Shown here: positions 39,780 through 49,927 of the stretch, piece after piece
Layout of the letters: each line of letters opens with the position of its first letter
Numbering within the stretch: position 1 is the first letter of the stretch
Origin: Candidatus Latescibacterota bacterium
GTDB taxonomy: Bacteria > Latescibacterota > UBA2968 > UBA8231
DNA: 64,000 nucleotides
NCBI GenBank assembly: GCA_016187725.1
Contig: JACPJE010000068.1
Location: 1,049 to 65,048, forward strand
Direction: 5' to 3'
Notes under the pieces: generated by a model
What the model was told of the DNA's origin: nothing
The model's input: only the letters and a program-made list of their open reading frames with translations
The model's database searches: none
Made by a program: the position numbers and the translations under genes

Positions 39780-42584
39780 TCAGAACCCGAAGACCATTTC
39801 GGCGAAGAAGGTCCTGTTGCTCACCTCGCTGGTTTTGCGCTCTTTTCGCTGGTACTCAAAACCCATCTCGGTCACGGTGCTCCAGCCCAGATAGGTGCTC
39901 TGGGTGCGCAGCATGAGGACGTCGGTCCAGCGCCTGAAATTGTTCTCCCTGGCATTGTGTTCGTTGTGGTACACCGGCAGCAGGCCCGGAACGCCTTCCT
40001 GTCCGGCCACCAAGGCCGTGCGCTCGGTCAGCTTGAACTCCTCTTCAAAAAGGAGGCCATAGGTCGACCAGTGCTGGCGGAGTTCCGGGGCATAACCGGC
40101 GTCCCGCCAGTAGAGGTGACGCGCCCGGGCGGTGAAGGTCAGGGCCTTCCTGAGCGGGCGGCGGTACTCGATCCGGTGGGAGAGGGTCAGCCGGCTCAGG
40201 GTCCGGTCCTCCTGGGCCGTGCCGTCGGCAAATTCGTCCTCGTTTTGCCGATTCAGGTTCCACTTGTAGCGGCAGCGCAGGCTCAGATTTTCGGCCGCCT
40301 GCAGATCCGCAGCCAGGTAGAAGGTGCCCGCCGTGCTGTTGCGCATCAGCATCAGGTCGGGATCGGGATCCTTCAAATCCAGCAGCTTGTACTGCCCCTC
40401 GCGCTCCTGGATCACCATGGAGTTGACGCGGGGATCGGTCGCGTTCTTCCAGACGTACACCGGATCGGCGATGGAATCCTCGACCCGCTTCAGGTCGCCC
40501 AGCAAGGCGAACTGCCCCCACGGTTTCGGTTGGTAATGGGTTCCCCAGCGCAGGTACCCGACCCGGCTTTCACCTCCGCCGGCGAGTTGTTCGCTGCGAT
40601 AGAATCCCAGGCTCAGCTTGTCGAAACGGGGCCCGCTCAGATCGAGCAGACCGTGGTACCCCCGCTGGTCCCGGCTGTAAGGGTAGTCCGGCGCGTCGTC
40701 GTTTTCGGTCTGATCGGGCAGCCCGTTGTTGTTCATGTCGATATCGTAGATGAAGGCGGGCGGATCTGACCAGAAAAACAGGAAGGGCTCGTCCCAGTCG
40801 GGCACGCCGTTGGCGTTCTGATCCGTGTCGGGCACATTGTCCTTGTTCTCGTCCAGACCGGGAAAAACCCCCGCGTCGTTCTGCCCGGCCAGGGGCGTGT
40901 CGTCTGGCATGTCGTCTGGCCACTGGTCGCCGTCGTCGTTGTCGTCGAAGAGGTTGAATTCCTGGGTGAGAGCAGTGTTGGGCGGCGCCACGGGCACGTC
41001 CGTATGGAAGATCGCCCCACCGCGCCTGGAATCGTAGTTGCCGCTGAAATCGGCGGGCAGGCGGTAGACCTCAAAGCCCAGGCGCGGCGCCCGGGCCCCC
41101 AGCAGGGGCAACCTTCGCTGGGCTGTCAGATAATAGGCCCTCACCTCCTTGCTATTGCGGCGCCCTTCCTCAAAGGGGAATTTGAAATTCTGCACGTTGA
41201 GGGCGAATTCGCCGTTGACTTTGAGCCCGGCGTAGTCCATTTGCAGCTCCAGGCTGGCCAGGGTCTGGGCCGTGGGAAAACCGTAGTCGAAGCGCACCTC
41301 CCGGGCCGCTAGGCTGCCGGAGGCGCCGGCGGACCGCACCACGGTATAGGCCGGCTGCGTTTCGGGGAATTTGAAATCCAGAGGGTATTTCAGATCTCCC
41401 CCATCCCCTTCGAAACCGGCGGATTCGGCCGGATTGCTCCTGGGCAGGCCGGGCCATTGCATGGCCTTGGTCTGCACCGTGGTCCTGCCGGCGACGGTGC
41501 GGGTGAATTCGTGGGTGTGCTGCTGCCGCACCTGGATGCGGTAATCGCCGCCCACCTGGGCGATGAACTGGGCCTGGCTCGACTGAAAACCCGCCGGCAT
41601 GGCAAAGGTGAATTCGATCATCTCCCCTTCGCCGGAGGCCTCCCAGTGGTCGCCCACGGCCCGGCCGGAGGGCCGCCCCGGATCCATGCTCGCCACCCAT
41701 TCCACCTCTCCGGTGGCCAGTTCCTGCGCATTGGTGATGGCCTTTTCGTTGCCTGCCTCGTCCCGCCCCCGCACCACCACGTCGACGGCGTAGGCCGCCG
41801 CCGGGATGGATGTTTCGTGCGGCGAATCGTCCACCACCCGGACGGCGATAAGATCCGGGGGCCTCATGCCGTTGGAGAGGTTGCCCCTGAAGATGCTGCC
41901 CTTGCTGGAGGAAGCGTCGGTGATATGCTGGTTGACAAAGGTGCTGCCCAGGCGCAGGACCGAGCCGATCTGGGTCTCCCAGTGCGTGCCCCAGAGGATC
42001 ACCGGCGACCGCTCGTCCTGCCCGGTGGTGAAGATCGAAAAGCGGTCCCGGTCTCCGGCGCCCCGGCTGTAGATGAAACTGGCCTTGTTCTTGGGGCCGT
42101 TGACGTCGAAGCGCACGCCGGTATAGCGGGTCATGTTCAGGGTCAGGGGCGAGAAGCGCGTCTTGATCGGGGCGGTCTCCACCTGGTCGCTGCCCAGCAT
42201 GACCATCATCGCATAGCTGCGCCCCTGGTACGAATCCTGTAAAACGGTGTAGTTGAAATCCAGGCCGACGGCATAGACGTTGCCGGTTTCAAAGCGCAAC
42301 CCCTGCATCCGGCTCAGTCCCGGCCGGTCTTCGTCGGCCGAAAGCATCACCCGGCCCTGCATGAGGTAGCGGCCCAGGCGGTCGTAGCTGGGGGCATCCC
42401 AGCCGAAGACCGGAAATGGCGCAAAAGGCTCGAAGGCGTAATTCCGGTAGGGATTGTACTGGCCGTAGTTGAGGAAGTCCCGCTGCACCGCGGTGCGCGA
42501 ATTGAGCTGGGCGGAGGCCGGGTTTGCCGGCAGCAGGGCGGCCAGCGCCAGGCAGAGGGGCAGGATGTTGACGATCCTCGGCAT
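39780..42584 (-). CDS. Large secreted hypothetical protein, paralog C
   Basis: Signal peptide; YDSRRGG and Asp/Asn-rich motifs shared with its two neighbours; ends FFAEMVFGF. Confidence 0.85.
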   Translation of the reverse strand: MPRIVNILPLCLALAALLPANPASAQLNSRTAVQRDFLNYGQYNPYRNYAFEPFAPFPVFGWDAPSYDRLGRYLMQGRVMLSADEDRPGLSRMQGLRFETGNVYAVGLDFNYTVLQDSYQGRSYAMMVMLGSDQVETAPIKTRFSPLTLNMTRYTGVRFDVNGPKNKASFIYSRGAGDRDRFSIFTTGQDERSPVILWGTHWETQIGSVLRLGSTFVNQHITDASSSKGSIFRGNLSNGMRPPDLIAVRVVDDSPHETSIPAAAYAVDVVVRGRDEAGNEKAITNAQELATGEVEWVASMDPGRPSGRAVGDHWEASGEGEMIEFTFAMPAGFQSSQAQFIAQVGGDYRIQVRQQHTHEFTRTVAGRTTVQTKAMQWPGLPRSNPAESAGFEGDGGDLKYPLDFKFPETQPAYTVVRSAGASGSLAAREVRFDYGFPTAQTLASLELQMDYAGLKVNGEFALNVQNFKFPFEEGRRNSKEVRAYYLTAQRRLPLLGARAPRLGFEVYRLPADFSGNYDSRRGGAIFHTDVPVAPPNTALTQEFNLFDDNDDGDQWPDDMPDDTPLAGQNDAGVFPGLDENKDNVPDTDQNANGVPDWDEPFLFFWSDPPAFIYDIDMNNNGLPDQTENDDAPDYPYSRDQRGYHGLLDLSGPRFDKLSLGFYRSEQLAGGGESRVGYLRWGTHYQPKPWGQFALLGDLKRVEDSIADPVYVWKNATDPRVNSMVIQEREGQYKLLDLKDPDPDLMLMRNSTAGTFYLAADLQAAENLSLRCRYKWNLNRQNEDEFADGTAQEDRTLSRLTLSHRIEYRRPLRKALTFTARARHLYWRDAGYAPELRQHWSTYGLLFEEEFKLTERTALVAGQEGVPGLLPVYHNEHNARENNFRRWTDVLMLRTQSTYLGWSTVTEMGFEYQRKERKTSEVSNRTFFAEMVFGF

Positions 42585-42598
42585 GCTTCCGATCCGAC

Positions 42599-45496
42599 CT
42601 ATTCGGGTGAGAAGATCACGTCGACGAAGAAGGAGGTGAAATCGGTGTCCGCCGCCAGGGCGTGCCGGTTGAGATCCGCCTTGGCCCGCCGCAGGCCCAC
42701 GGTGGACACCATCCGGTAGCCGCCGTAGGCCCCCTCCATGGTCAGTTGGAGCAGGGAGACGTTCTCGGTGTAGCCCTTGGCCGGGAGCCGGCGGTCGATG
42801 TAGCGCCCCTGCAGCCCGGGCGCGAAGAGGCCGTGCTGGCCGAACTCGACGTGGGTCCGGGGGGTGAGTTCATAGCTGAACACCACCTCCGGGGTGAGCA
42901 GGGACCACGAGGCCGCGCCCTCCGGCACTGCCACCGTGTCCAGCCGGACCGCCCCGTCGTCCCCTGGCGCTTCCTGGACGAATCTGTAGGTGCCCAGGGT
43001 GTCCACGGGCACGTAGCTGCCCTCGTCCCATTTGGCCAGCAGGTGTTTGACCCGCGCCGTCGCCTTCAGTTTTGGCAACACCTCCCTGGTGTAGGAGGCC
43101 TTGTTGACCATGGAGAAGTTGTGCCAGGTCCCCGGTGCCTGCGGCCGGTCCTCGTCGCTGAACTTGCGGTTGATCGTATAGTTGAAGGAATTGCCCACCT
43201 GCAAGCCAGGCAGGGGCAGCCAGCGGCTGTCCAGGTGCGCCGTATTGACCAGCGAATTGCGCATGGGCAAAAAATCCGGCAGGGGCGGGCTGGGCTGGTT
43301 GTAGCGCTGGCTGAGGGCCACGGCGTCCCGGGTGCCCGCGCCGCCCGGATCGAAGACCAGGATCACCCGGTAGGTGTCGTCCGGAATATTGTCGTGTACC
43401 CGCTTCAGGTCGTCGTTGAAGCTCAGCCAGAACTCCGGCGCCTCGCAGGACAGACCGACTCTGCCATAGACGGCGTTCATGCGGTGTCCGCCCACCAGCT
43501 CGGTGGAGCGATACCAGCCGAGGCGCGCCAGGTTCAGCCACCAGGGGCGGCTGGTGAGGTCGTAGAACAGCTGGGTGCCCTGCTGGTCCCGCCGGTACGG
43601 GTAGTCGGGCTCGTCGTCGTTCTCGCGGAAGTCGGGCACCAGGTTGTTGTTGAGGTCGAGTCCGTAGACGAATTCGGGCGGGTCGGCATCGTAGCCCAGG
43701 AAGGGTTCGAGGTAATCCTCCACCGCGTTGCGGTTCTTGTCGTGGTCGAGGACGAAATCGCCGTTCAGGTCCAGGCCCGGGTACACGCCGCCTTCGGGCC
43801 GGGAGGAGGGAAAGGTCGGCCGCTCAAAAGCGCCCCGCGCCATGTAGAGCACGTCGGCGCTGCCGGGGTAATCATCTGGCCAGTTGTCGTGGTCGTCGTT
43901 GTCGTCGTAGGCCCTGAACTCCTGGGTCATGGCCACCACCGCGTTTTCCACCCCGCCCTGTAGCTCGCGCACGTCGGTGTGCAGCACCAGGCCACCCCGC
44001 CGGCTGTCGTACCCGCCGCCATAGGTGGGCTCGATGCGGAACACCTCGGCGCCCACCTGGCCGGCGGCGCCCATCTTTCCCTGGAGGGTCAGGTACCCGG
44101 CCTTGCTCGTCTGGCGGAGGCGCCTCCCCCTGGCCGTGGGGAACTTGAAGTCCTGGGGGTTGAGGGCCAACTCGCCGGTCAGGTGGAAATGCTCGGAGAG
44201 CCAGTTCACGTTGAGGCCGTAGAAGGACTGGGCGGTGGGGATGGAGTGCTTGAAGCGCACCACCCTGGGGCCCTCCATGGCCGGGCTGCCCTCAGCCCGC
44301 CTGACCGTGAAATACATCTCCTCCTGCCCCAGGTGGTCCTGGAACTGGTCCAGGCTGAACTGGCCCGTGGGGTTGAAGGGCCAGGCCCGGCTGGTGTCGA
44401 GCGCCCCGCCGGGCAGTTCAAAGTCGTAGAGCTGCCTCATGCCGATGCGGTAGTCCCCCTCCACCATCAGTTCAAAATCGGCCGCCGCGATCACCAGGTC
44501 GGGCTGCACCTGGTAGAGGCCCTGCAGATCAAAGGTGATGACGATGCCCTCCTCAGCTCCGTCTGCCTCGTAGTGGCTGCCCACTGCCCGCCCACCGGCG
44601 AAGTTCGGCGCCAGGCTGGCCTGGTAGCTGTAGCCGGCGGGCCCGGCTCGGTCTGGGGCGCTGGTGTAGAGGAGTTCGGTGGAATCGGCCGTGCCCCGCA
44701 GAAAGATCTGCGCCCCGTACACGGCCGCCCCGCCCAGATCGCGGGGCGAATCGTCGGTGACCCGGACTTTGATCATCTTGGGCGAACGGAACTCGGGGTA
44801 GGGCACGTCCCCCCGCACCAGCGACCGGGGATTGCTCTTGATGTTCGACTGCAGTTGCCGGAAAAAGGTGGTCCCCACCTCCAGCGCGCCAAAGCGCCCC
44901 CGCCAGTTGGCGCCGGTGACGATCACCGGCGAGAGTTCCTCGAAGCCGCGCTGGTCGCCGCGCAGCCGCGAATAGAGCAGGGAGGCCTCCAGAGAGCCGC
45001 CCCTGGAGAGCAGCAGGGTGAGATCGTGGCGCGGCGAACCGTAATCCACCCGCAATCCCCCGAAGGTCATGCTGTTGAGCACCAGGGGAGTGAAGGTCGT
45101 GGACAGGTTGCGGCCCACTGCCATGCTCATGTGCCGGCCATTGTAGCTGTGGCGCACCGCGGTGAAAAAGTTGAAAAAGTCGCTCTGTTGTAAGACTTTG
45201 CTGGTGCCGCTCAGGTCGGCCGTTCCCACCCCGGCGTCGATCTTGGCCTGGGTGTAGCGGTCCCTGATTTCGCTCCAGCGCAGACCGTAGACCCCGTAGC
45301 TGACAAACTGCCCCAGGCGGTCGTACATGGCGCTGCGGGCCGGCACCACCGCGTCGTAGGCGATGTACCGGTCCCGGGCCTGGGGGAAGTAAGGAAGGGG
45401 CGGTTCGCGCAGGAACACCCCGCCGAAAGCCGGCCCGGCCGGCAAAACGCCGCCGAGCAGGGCCAGGGCCAGGGTGGTGCAGCTCCATCTCTTCAT
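42599..45496 (-). CDS. Large secreted hypothetical protein, paralog B
   Basis: Signal peptide from MKRW; shared motifs; ends FFVDVIFSPE. Confidence 0.85.
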   Translation of the reverse strand: MKRWSCTTLALALLGGVLPAGPAFGGVFLREPPLPYFPQARDRYIAYDAVVPARSAMYDRLGQFVSYGVYGLRWSEIRDRYTQAKIDAGVGTADLSGTSKVLQQSDFFNFFTAVRHSYNGRHMSMAVGRNLSTTFTPLVLNSMTFGGLRVDYGSPRHDLTLLLSRGGSLEASLLYSRLRGDQRGFEELSPVIVTGANWRGRFGALEVGTTFFRQLQSNIKSNPRSLVRGDVPYPEFRSPKMIKVRVTDDSPRDLGGAAVYGAQIFLRGTADSTELLYTSAPDRAGPAGYSYQASLAPNFAGGRAVGSHYEADGAEEGIVITFDLQGLYQVQPDLVIAAADFELMVEGDYRIGMRQLYDFELPGGALDTSRAWPFNPTGQFSLDQFQDHLGQEEMYFTVRRAEGSPAMEGPRVVRFKHSIPTAQSFYGLNVNWLSEHFHLTGELALNPQDFKFPTARGRRLRQTSKAGYLTLQGKMGAAGQVGAEVFRIEPTYGGGYDSRRGGLVLHTDVRELQGGVENAVVAMTQEFRAYDDNDDHDNWPDDYPGSADVLYMARGAFERPTFPSSRPEGGVYPGLDLNGDFVLDHDKNRNAVEDYLEPFLGYDADPPEFVYGLDLNNNLVPDFRENDDEPDYPYRRDQQGTQLFYDLTSRPWWLNLARLGWYRSTELVGGHRMNAVYGRVGLSCEAPEFWLSFNDDLKRVHDNIPDDTYRVILVFDPGGAGTRDAVALSQRYNQPSPPLPDFLPMRNSLVNTAHLDSRWLPLPGLQVGNSFNYTINRKFSDEDRPQAPGTWHNFSMVNKASYTREVLPKLKATARVKHLLAKWDEGSYVPVDTLGTYRFVQEAPGDDGAVRLDTVAVPEGAASWSLLTPEVVFSYELTPRTHVEFGQHGLFAPGLQGRYIDRRLPAKGYTENVSLLQLTMEGAYGGYRMVSTVGLRRAKADLNRHALAADTDFTSFFVDVIFSPE

Positions 45497-45518
45497 CGCG
45501 CGTTGACCATGCAGTTGC

Positions 45519-48281
45519 TCAGTTGCCGATGATGACGTCCAGGAAGATGCCAAAGGCGTCGTAGTCGCGCTCCTGTCCTCCCTGATCGTAATTCCGCCGA
45601 TGTAATTCTAGGCCGGTGCTGAGGTCGACTACATAGCCCTGGTAGTCATCCGTGCGCCCGTTGAGCATGAACACCATCTTGCGCTCCTTATAACTCATGG
45701 ACTCATCCTCGTTGTTCACCAGGCGCATGGGCAGCGCCGGGAATCCCGAGGTGCCCCACTGAAAACTCATATCCTCGATGATCTCGTACGAAACCTTGAA
45801 GATGGGGCCGAAGAACCGGATCGACTGGTCCGGCCAGGCCGGGCCGCGACGCCCTTCCTTGAAGGCGTACTTGCCGCCGGTCCACAGGTCGAGGTTCCCC
45901 CAGGAATGATGGTACTCCCCCCGGGTGGTGAGCGAGAATTCCGCGAAGGATCCGCTTTCCTGAATCGCGGCGCCGCCTTCCTCCATCCGGCGCTGGTGAT
46001 TGAGGAAATGGAGCAGGTCGGCGCGCAGCTCCAGATCAGCCAGTGGCTGGCCGACCAGTTGCAGAAAAGCGGTATTCACCGCGCTCTTGCGCATCACCAG
46101 CGGATCGGCGGGAGGTGGGTTGAACGGCGTATTGGTGTTGGCCCCGAAAAGGGCGGTATCGCCCGTCACCCAGGCGTACACTTCGTCGCGGATGCTGTCC
46201 TCGACCAGCTTGGCGTCGTCGTCCAGCTCGATACGCACTCCCTTCCCGGGGTGCCACCTGGCCTTGCCGCGGACGTAGAGGGCCTGCGCTTTGCCGGCCC
46301 CGGCGATCTGGCGCAGGTCGTAATAGCCCAGGACCACCCGGTCCAGCCAGTGGACTGGCCGATCAAGGCCGGCGAAGCTGTGAAAGCCGCGCTGGTCCTT
46401 GCGGATGGGATAGTCGGGGTAGTCGTCGTTCTCGCGGAAATCGGGCTGGGCGTTGTTGTTGAAGTCGATGCCGTAGACGAAGTCGGAGGGATCAGAGCCG
46501 TAGTGCAGAAAGGGTTCGTTCCAATCCGCCAGCCCGTTGCGGTCCTGGTCGTTGTCCGGGGCCTGGTCGCCGTCCACGTCGAGCCCCGGAAAGACCCCTG
46601 CCCAGGGGGTCGCGCCAAAGGAGCCGGGGATTTCGGCCGCATAACGCCCGCCGTCCTCAAAGGTGTCGTCCGGATAGCGGTCGTCGTCGTCGTTGTCCTC
46701 CACCAGGGAGAACTCCTGGGAAAAGGCCTCCGTGCCGCTGGGGCCCCCCCTGTCGGTGAAAAAGACCGTGCCGCCGCGCCGGCTGTCGTACCCGCCGCTG
46801 TACTCGGGGTCCATGTGGAAGAGTTCCCCACCCAGTTCCGCGCGCAGCCCGTGCAGCTTCAGGGGACGGCGCAGATTGAGGGTATAGGCCCAGCTCCCCC
46901 GGTGCGTCTTTTTGCCTTTGACCTGGAGCGAATCTTCGGCAAAGGGGAAATGCCCCTCCTCGATATTGTACACGACTTCTCCCTGGGCCAGCAGCTCCTT
47001 GGCGTCAATCCTGAAATCCGTGCCGATGAGGGTTTTGCCCGAGGGGATGGCGTAGTCGAACTTCACCGTGCGCCGGCGTCCCAGGCCGGGACTGCCCTCC
47101 GCCCTGGCCACGGTAAAGTGGGGCTGGGTCTCACCGGGCTTGAAGTCGATGGGGTAGAGCGGCCCCCCCTGGGTATGCGAAGGGGGGGCGGGCCAGGACC
47201 GCTGCTCGGTGCGGCGCTGGTCGTTGGCAGTAAAGGTGAAATCGTGGACCTGCCGCACGGAGATGCGGTAGTCGCCGGCCACCTCCGCCCTGAACAGGGC
47301 ACTGAGGACCTGGCCCTGGGGGGGCAGGTTGAAGGTGAAATCCACCGCCTCGCCAGGACCGCTGACCTGGAGCAGGTCACCTGCGCGGCGTCCTCCCCGG
47401 GGCGGCTCCGCCTGGACGTCCATCCGCGTCCTGGCTCCGTCTTCGCCGGCGACTTCCAGTTCCAGATCCATCTGGTACACCCCGGCCGCGGCGCCCAGTT
47501 CGGGCGCATCGCTCTCGACGCGCACAAAGATCTGGGTGGGCGCCTGCATCTGATAGGGCTGCGTGCCATTGATGAAACTGCCCTGCTTGGACTCCACGTC
47601 CACCTGATGCTGGTTGTACAGGGTCGCCCCCAGGGTCAGGACCTCGCTCAGCTGGCGGTGGTAGCGGCCGCCATAGGCCAGCACCGGACTCAGATCCCGG
47701 CGCGCGTCAAAGGCGGAGAACCGCCCCAGGGCGCCTCGCGTCAGCAGTAGGGTGAAGCCCTGGCGCTCGGCCTCCGCGTCGATACGCACGCCCTGCCACC
47801 GCGGAGTGCGCAGGGTCAGGGGGGTGAGCGCCGTGCGGATATTGTCGCCGGCCAGGACGGCGAAATTCCACCCCTTGTAGCTGTCGTTGGCGATCACCAG
47901 TTCGCTGAAGAACTCGAAGAGAAAATTCTCCCGCACCAGCCGGCTTTCCTGTAACCCCAGGCTGTCCGAGCGGGTTTCGCGCCAGCTCACCAGCGGGTAG
48001 CCCCGCAGCAGATGCGTGCCCAGGCGGTCGTAGAGTTCCTCCGAGCGCACGCTGACCGTGGTCGGCAGGTAGGGCTGCCCCCCGTAGTTCCAGTACCCGG
48101 GCCAGACCTCCCGGTTGAGGAAGGAGCGCAGCGGTTGGGAAGCAGGTGCGGTGATGATGCTCAGCCCGGAATTGGGAGAGCGCTTGGCCTGCTGAGCGGA
48201 GACGGGAAGGCAGAGGAGGACCGCCAGCAGCGCGACCAGGCTCTGTTTTACCTTACCCCCCAATGACTTGTGGACGGCCAT
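45519..48281 (-). CDS. Large secreted hypothetical protein, paralog A
   Basis: GAGG RBS, signal peptide, shared motifs; ends IFLDVIIGN. Confidence 0.85.
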   Translation of the reverse strand: MAVHKSLGGKVKQSLVALLAVLLCLPVSAQQAKRSPNSGLSIITAPASQPLRSFLNREVWPGYWNYGGQPYLPTTVSVRSEELYDRLGTHLLRGYPLVSWRETRSDSLGLQESRLVRENFLFEFFSELVIANDSYKGWNFAVLAGDNIRTALTPLTLRTPRWQGVRIDAEAERQGFTLLLTRGALGRFSAFDARRDLSPVLAYGGRYHRQLSEVLTLGATLYNQHQVDVESKQGSFINGTQPYQMQAPTQIFVRVESDAPELGAAAGVYQMDLELEVAGEDGARTRMDVQAEPPRGGRRAGDLLQVSGPGEAVDFTFNLPPQGQVLSALFRAEVAGDYRISVRQVHDFTFTANDQRRTEQRSWPAPPSHTQGGPLYPIDFKPGETQPHFTVARAEGSPGLGRRRTVKFDYAIPSGKTLIGTDFRIDAKELLAQGEVVYNIEEGHFPFAEDSLQVKGKKTHRGSWAYTLNLRRPLKLHGLRAELGGELFHMDPEYSGGYDSRRGGTVFFTDRGGPSGTEAFSQEFSLVEDNDDDDRYPDDTFEDGGRYAAEIPGSFGATPWAGVFPGLDVDGDQAPDNDQDRNGLADWNEPFLHYGSDPSDFVYGIDFNNNAQPDFRENDDYPDYPIRKDQRGFHSFAGLDRPVHWLDRVVLGYYDLRQIAGAGKAQALYVRGKARWHPGKGVRIELDDDAKLVEDSIRDEVYAWVTGDTALFGANTNTPFNPPPADPLVMRKSAVNTAFLQLVGQPLADLELRADLLHFLNHQRRMEEGGAAIQESGSFAEFSLTTRGEYHHSWGNLDLWTGGKYAFKEGRRGPAWPDQSIRFFGPIFKVSYEIIEDMSFQWGTSGFPALPMRLVNNEDESMSYKERKMVFMLNGRTDDYQGYVVDLSTGLELHRRNYDQGGQERDYDAFGIFLDVIIGN

Positions 48282-48326
48282 CGCCTCAATGCTGGGTTCC
48301 CCGGCGCTCCCCGCCGGTTCCCAGCG

Positions 48327-48391
48327 TTTGACAGTTGTCAAAAAATTTCAAAAAGCTTGTTAATTATACTTAACAGGCTAGTCCCAAACAA
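48327..48391 (-). promoter_or_regulatory. sigma70-type promoter plus palindromic operator candidate
   Basis: TTGTTT-17-TATAAT (48391-48363) and TTTGACA-GT-TGTCAAA (48327-48342). Confidence 0.55.
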
Positions 48392-48473
48392 GATGGCCGG
48401 CCAAAAAAACCGACCGGCAGGGCGGGAACCCAGGAGGTGGGCGCGGGAACTGCGGAGGGTCGGCCTCCCTGGC

Positions 48474-49784
48474 TCAGCGCTCGGGCCAGGGTTCACTTAT
48501 TTTTATTTCGCCCTTATAGCGCTGCCGCAGACTGTCGATAAAGGCATCCATCCGGGTGGTGGCCAGATCCCGGCGGACGGCCTCCTGCACTTCGTCCAGC
48601 TCCAGCGGGCGCCCCTGGCTCTCAGGGTCGCGATAGCGGTCTCGATGCTGCTCGTAGAAGGTGCGGAGTTGTTGGGCGGCGTCCTCCCCTTCGGCGGTTG
48701 CCAGTTCAAATAGACGCTCGCCGAGCAACTCCTTTCTCTTGCTGCCCAGCTGCCGACGTATGCTCTCCAGCTCCCCATAACCCAGGGTCCGGGCTTCCAG
48801 ACTGGCCAGGTCCTCCATGGCCAGGCGCTCGGCGAGGCGGTGGATCTGGGCGCTGTCGCTGAAGACCGGCTGGGGCACCTGGGCGCGGCGCAGGTAGTCG
48901 GCGGCCTTCAGCTGTCCTCCCTGCCAGGAGAAGAGCGACTGGTCGGCGGGCAACTCTTCTCTGCGGGCCATCTCCGCCGCTACTTCGGGATTCCATCTCA
49001 GGCGGTATCGCTCTTGCAACTGGCCCCAGCAGGTCTGCTGCCTGGCCAGTTTCTTTTCGGTTTCCAGCCTTTGTTTCAGGTCGGCTCGCTGCTCCTCCAG
49101 GCTCTGCCCTCGCCTGCCCAGCACCTTCACCACGTGATACCCCAGGCGCGTGTGGATGGGCTGCGCACAGACCTGGCCTACCTCAGCGCTCCAGATTGCC
49201 GCGGCGATTTCGGGCAGGACCATCCCGCGGCGCAGGAAGCCCATGTCCCCGCCGTAGGGCATGCTCTCCGCGTGCCTGGAACGGGTGCGCGCCAGTTCGG
49301 CGAAATCCCCCCCCCGCGCCAGTTCGGCCAACACCTCCTCGGCCTCCTCCTCGCTGGCGCACAGGATATGCGCCAGGTGGCGTTGATCCCCGGCGCCCCA
49401 TTCCTCGTACCTGGCGCGGATCTCTTCCTCTGTCACCTCGATGCCGGCCCACACCTGGCGCGCGAAATACTCCTCCGCCAGCAGCTTGCGCTCCAGGACT
49501 TCCAGCTCCCGGCGGATTTCCGGAGCCTGGTCCAGTCCCCGGCTCTCGCCTTCCAGGCCCAGCAGTTCGGCGGCGATGAGTCCGTCCAGCACCTTTTTCC
49601 GTTTTTCCCCGTCCAGGTGCTCTGCGTCCACCGGTGCCCCGTAGATTTTGCGCGCCCCCTCGGCCAGATCCGCCGCGCTGATGGGGCGCCCGCCGACGGT
49701 GGCCACTACCTCTCCGCGCGGTGCAGCGCCGCATCCCCAGATAGCGAGGGCCAGCAGGCATCCCCATCGCGTTATCGATCTCAT
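48474..49784 (-). CDS. PpiC/parvulin peptidyl-prolyl isomerase lipoprotein (PrsA/SurA-like)
   Basis: Lipobox-like IWGC, 'HLAHILC', 'GDFAELARTRS...GGDMGF', 'TRLGYHVVKV'. Confidence 0.88.
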   Translation of the reverse strand: MRSITRWGCLLALAIWGCGAAPRGEVVATVGGRPISAADLAEGARKIYGAPVDAEHLDGEKRKKVLDGLIAAELLGLEGESRGLDQAPEIRRELEVLERKLLAEEYFARQVWAGIEVTEEEIRARYEEWGAGDQRHLAHILCASEEEAEEVLAELARGGDFAELARTRSRHAESMPYGGDMGFLRRGMVLPEIAAAIWSAEVGQVCAQPIHTRLGYHVVKVLGRRGQSLEEQRADLKQRLETEKKLARQQTCWGQLQERYRLRWNPEVAAEMARREELPADQSLFSWQGGQLKAADYLRRAQVPQPVFSDSAQIHRLAERLAMEDLASLEARTLGYGELESIRRQLGSKRKELLGERLFELATAEGEDAAQQLRTFYEQHRDRYRDPESQGRPLELDEVQEAVRRDLATTRMDAFIDSLRQRYKGEIKISEPWPER

Positions 49785-49866
49785 CTCCTCACCTGAACTG
49801 CTCTCGCCCTATGGGTTCCTTTCATCAATAGCCTACCGGGGCACTCAGGTCAACCCCCGGCGCTGC

Positions 49867-49903
49867 AAAAAATGGAGCCCCCGGTGCTTGGCGCCGGGGG
49901 CTC
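49867..49903 (-). terminator. Rho-independent terminator
   Basis: 13-bp GC-rich stem (one mismatch) followed by a T6 tract on the minus strand, downstream of 49928. Confidence 0.65.
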
Positions 49904-49927
49904 AGTGCTGCACTTCTTCGAAGCTGG

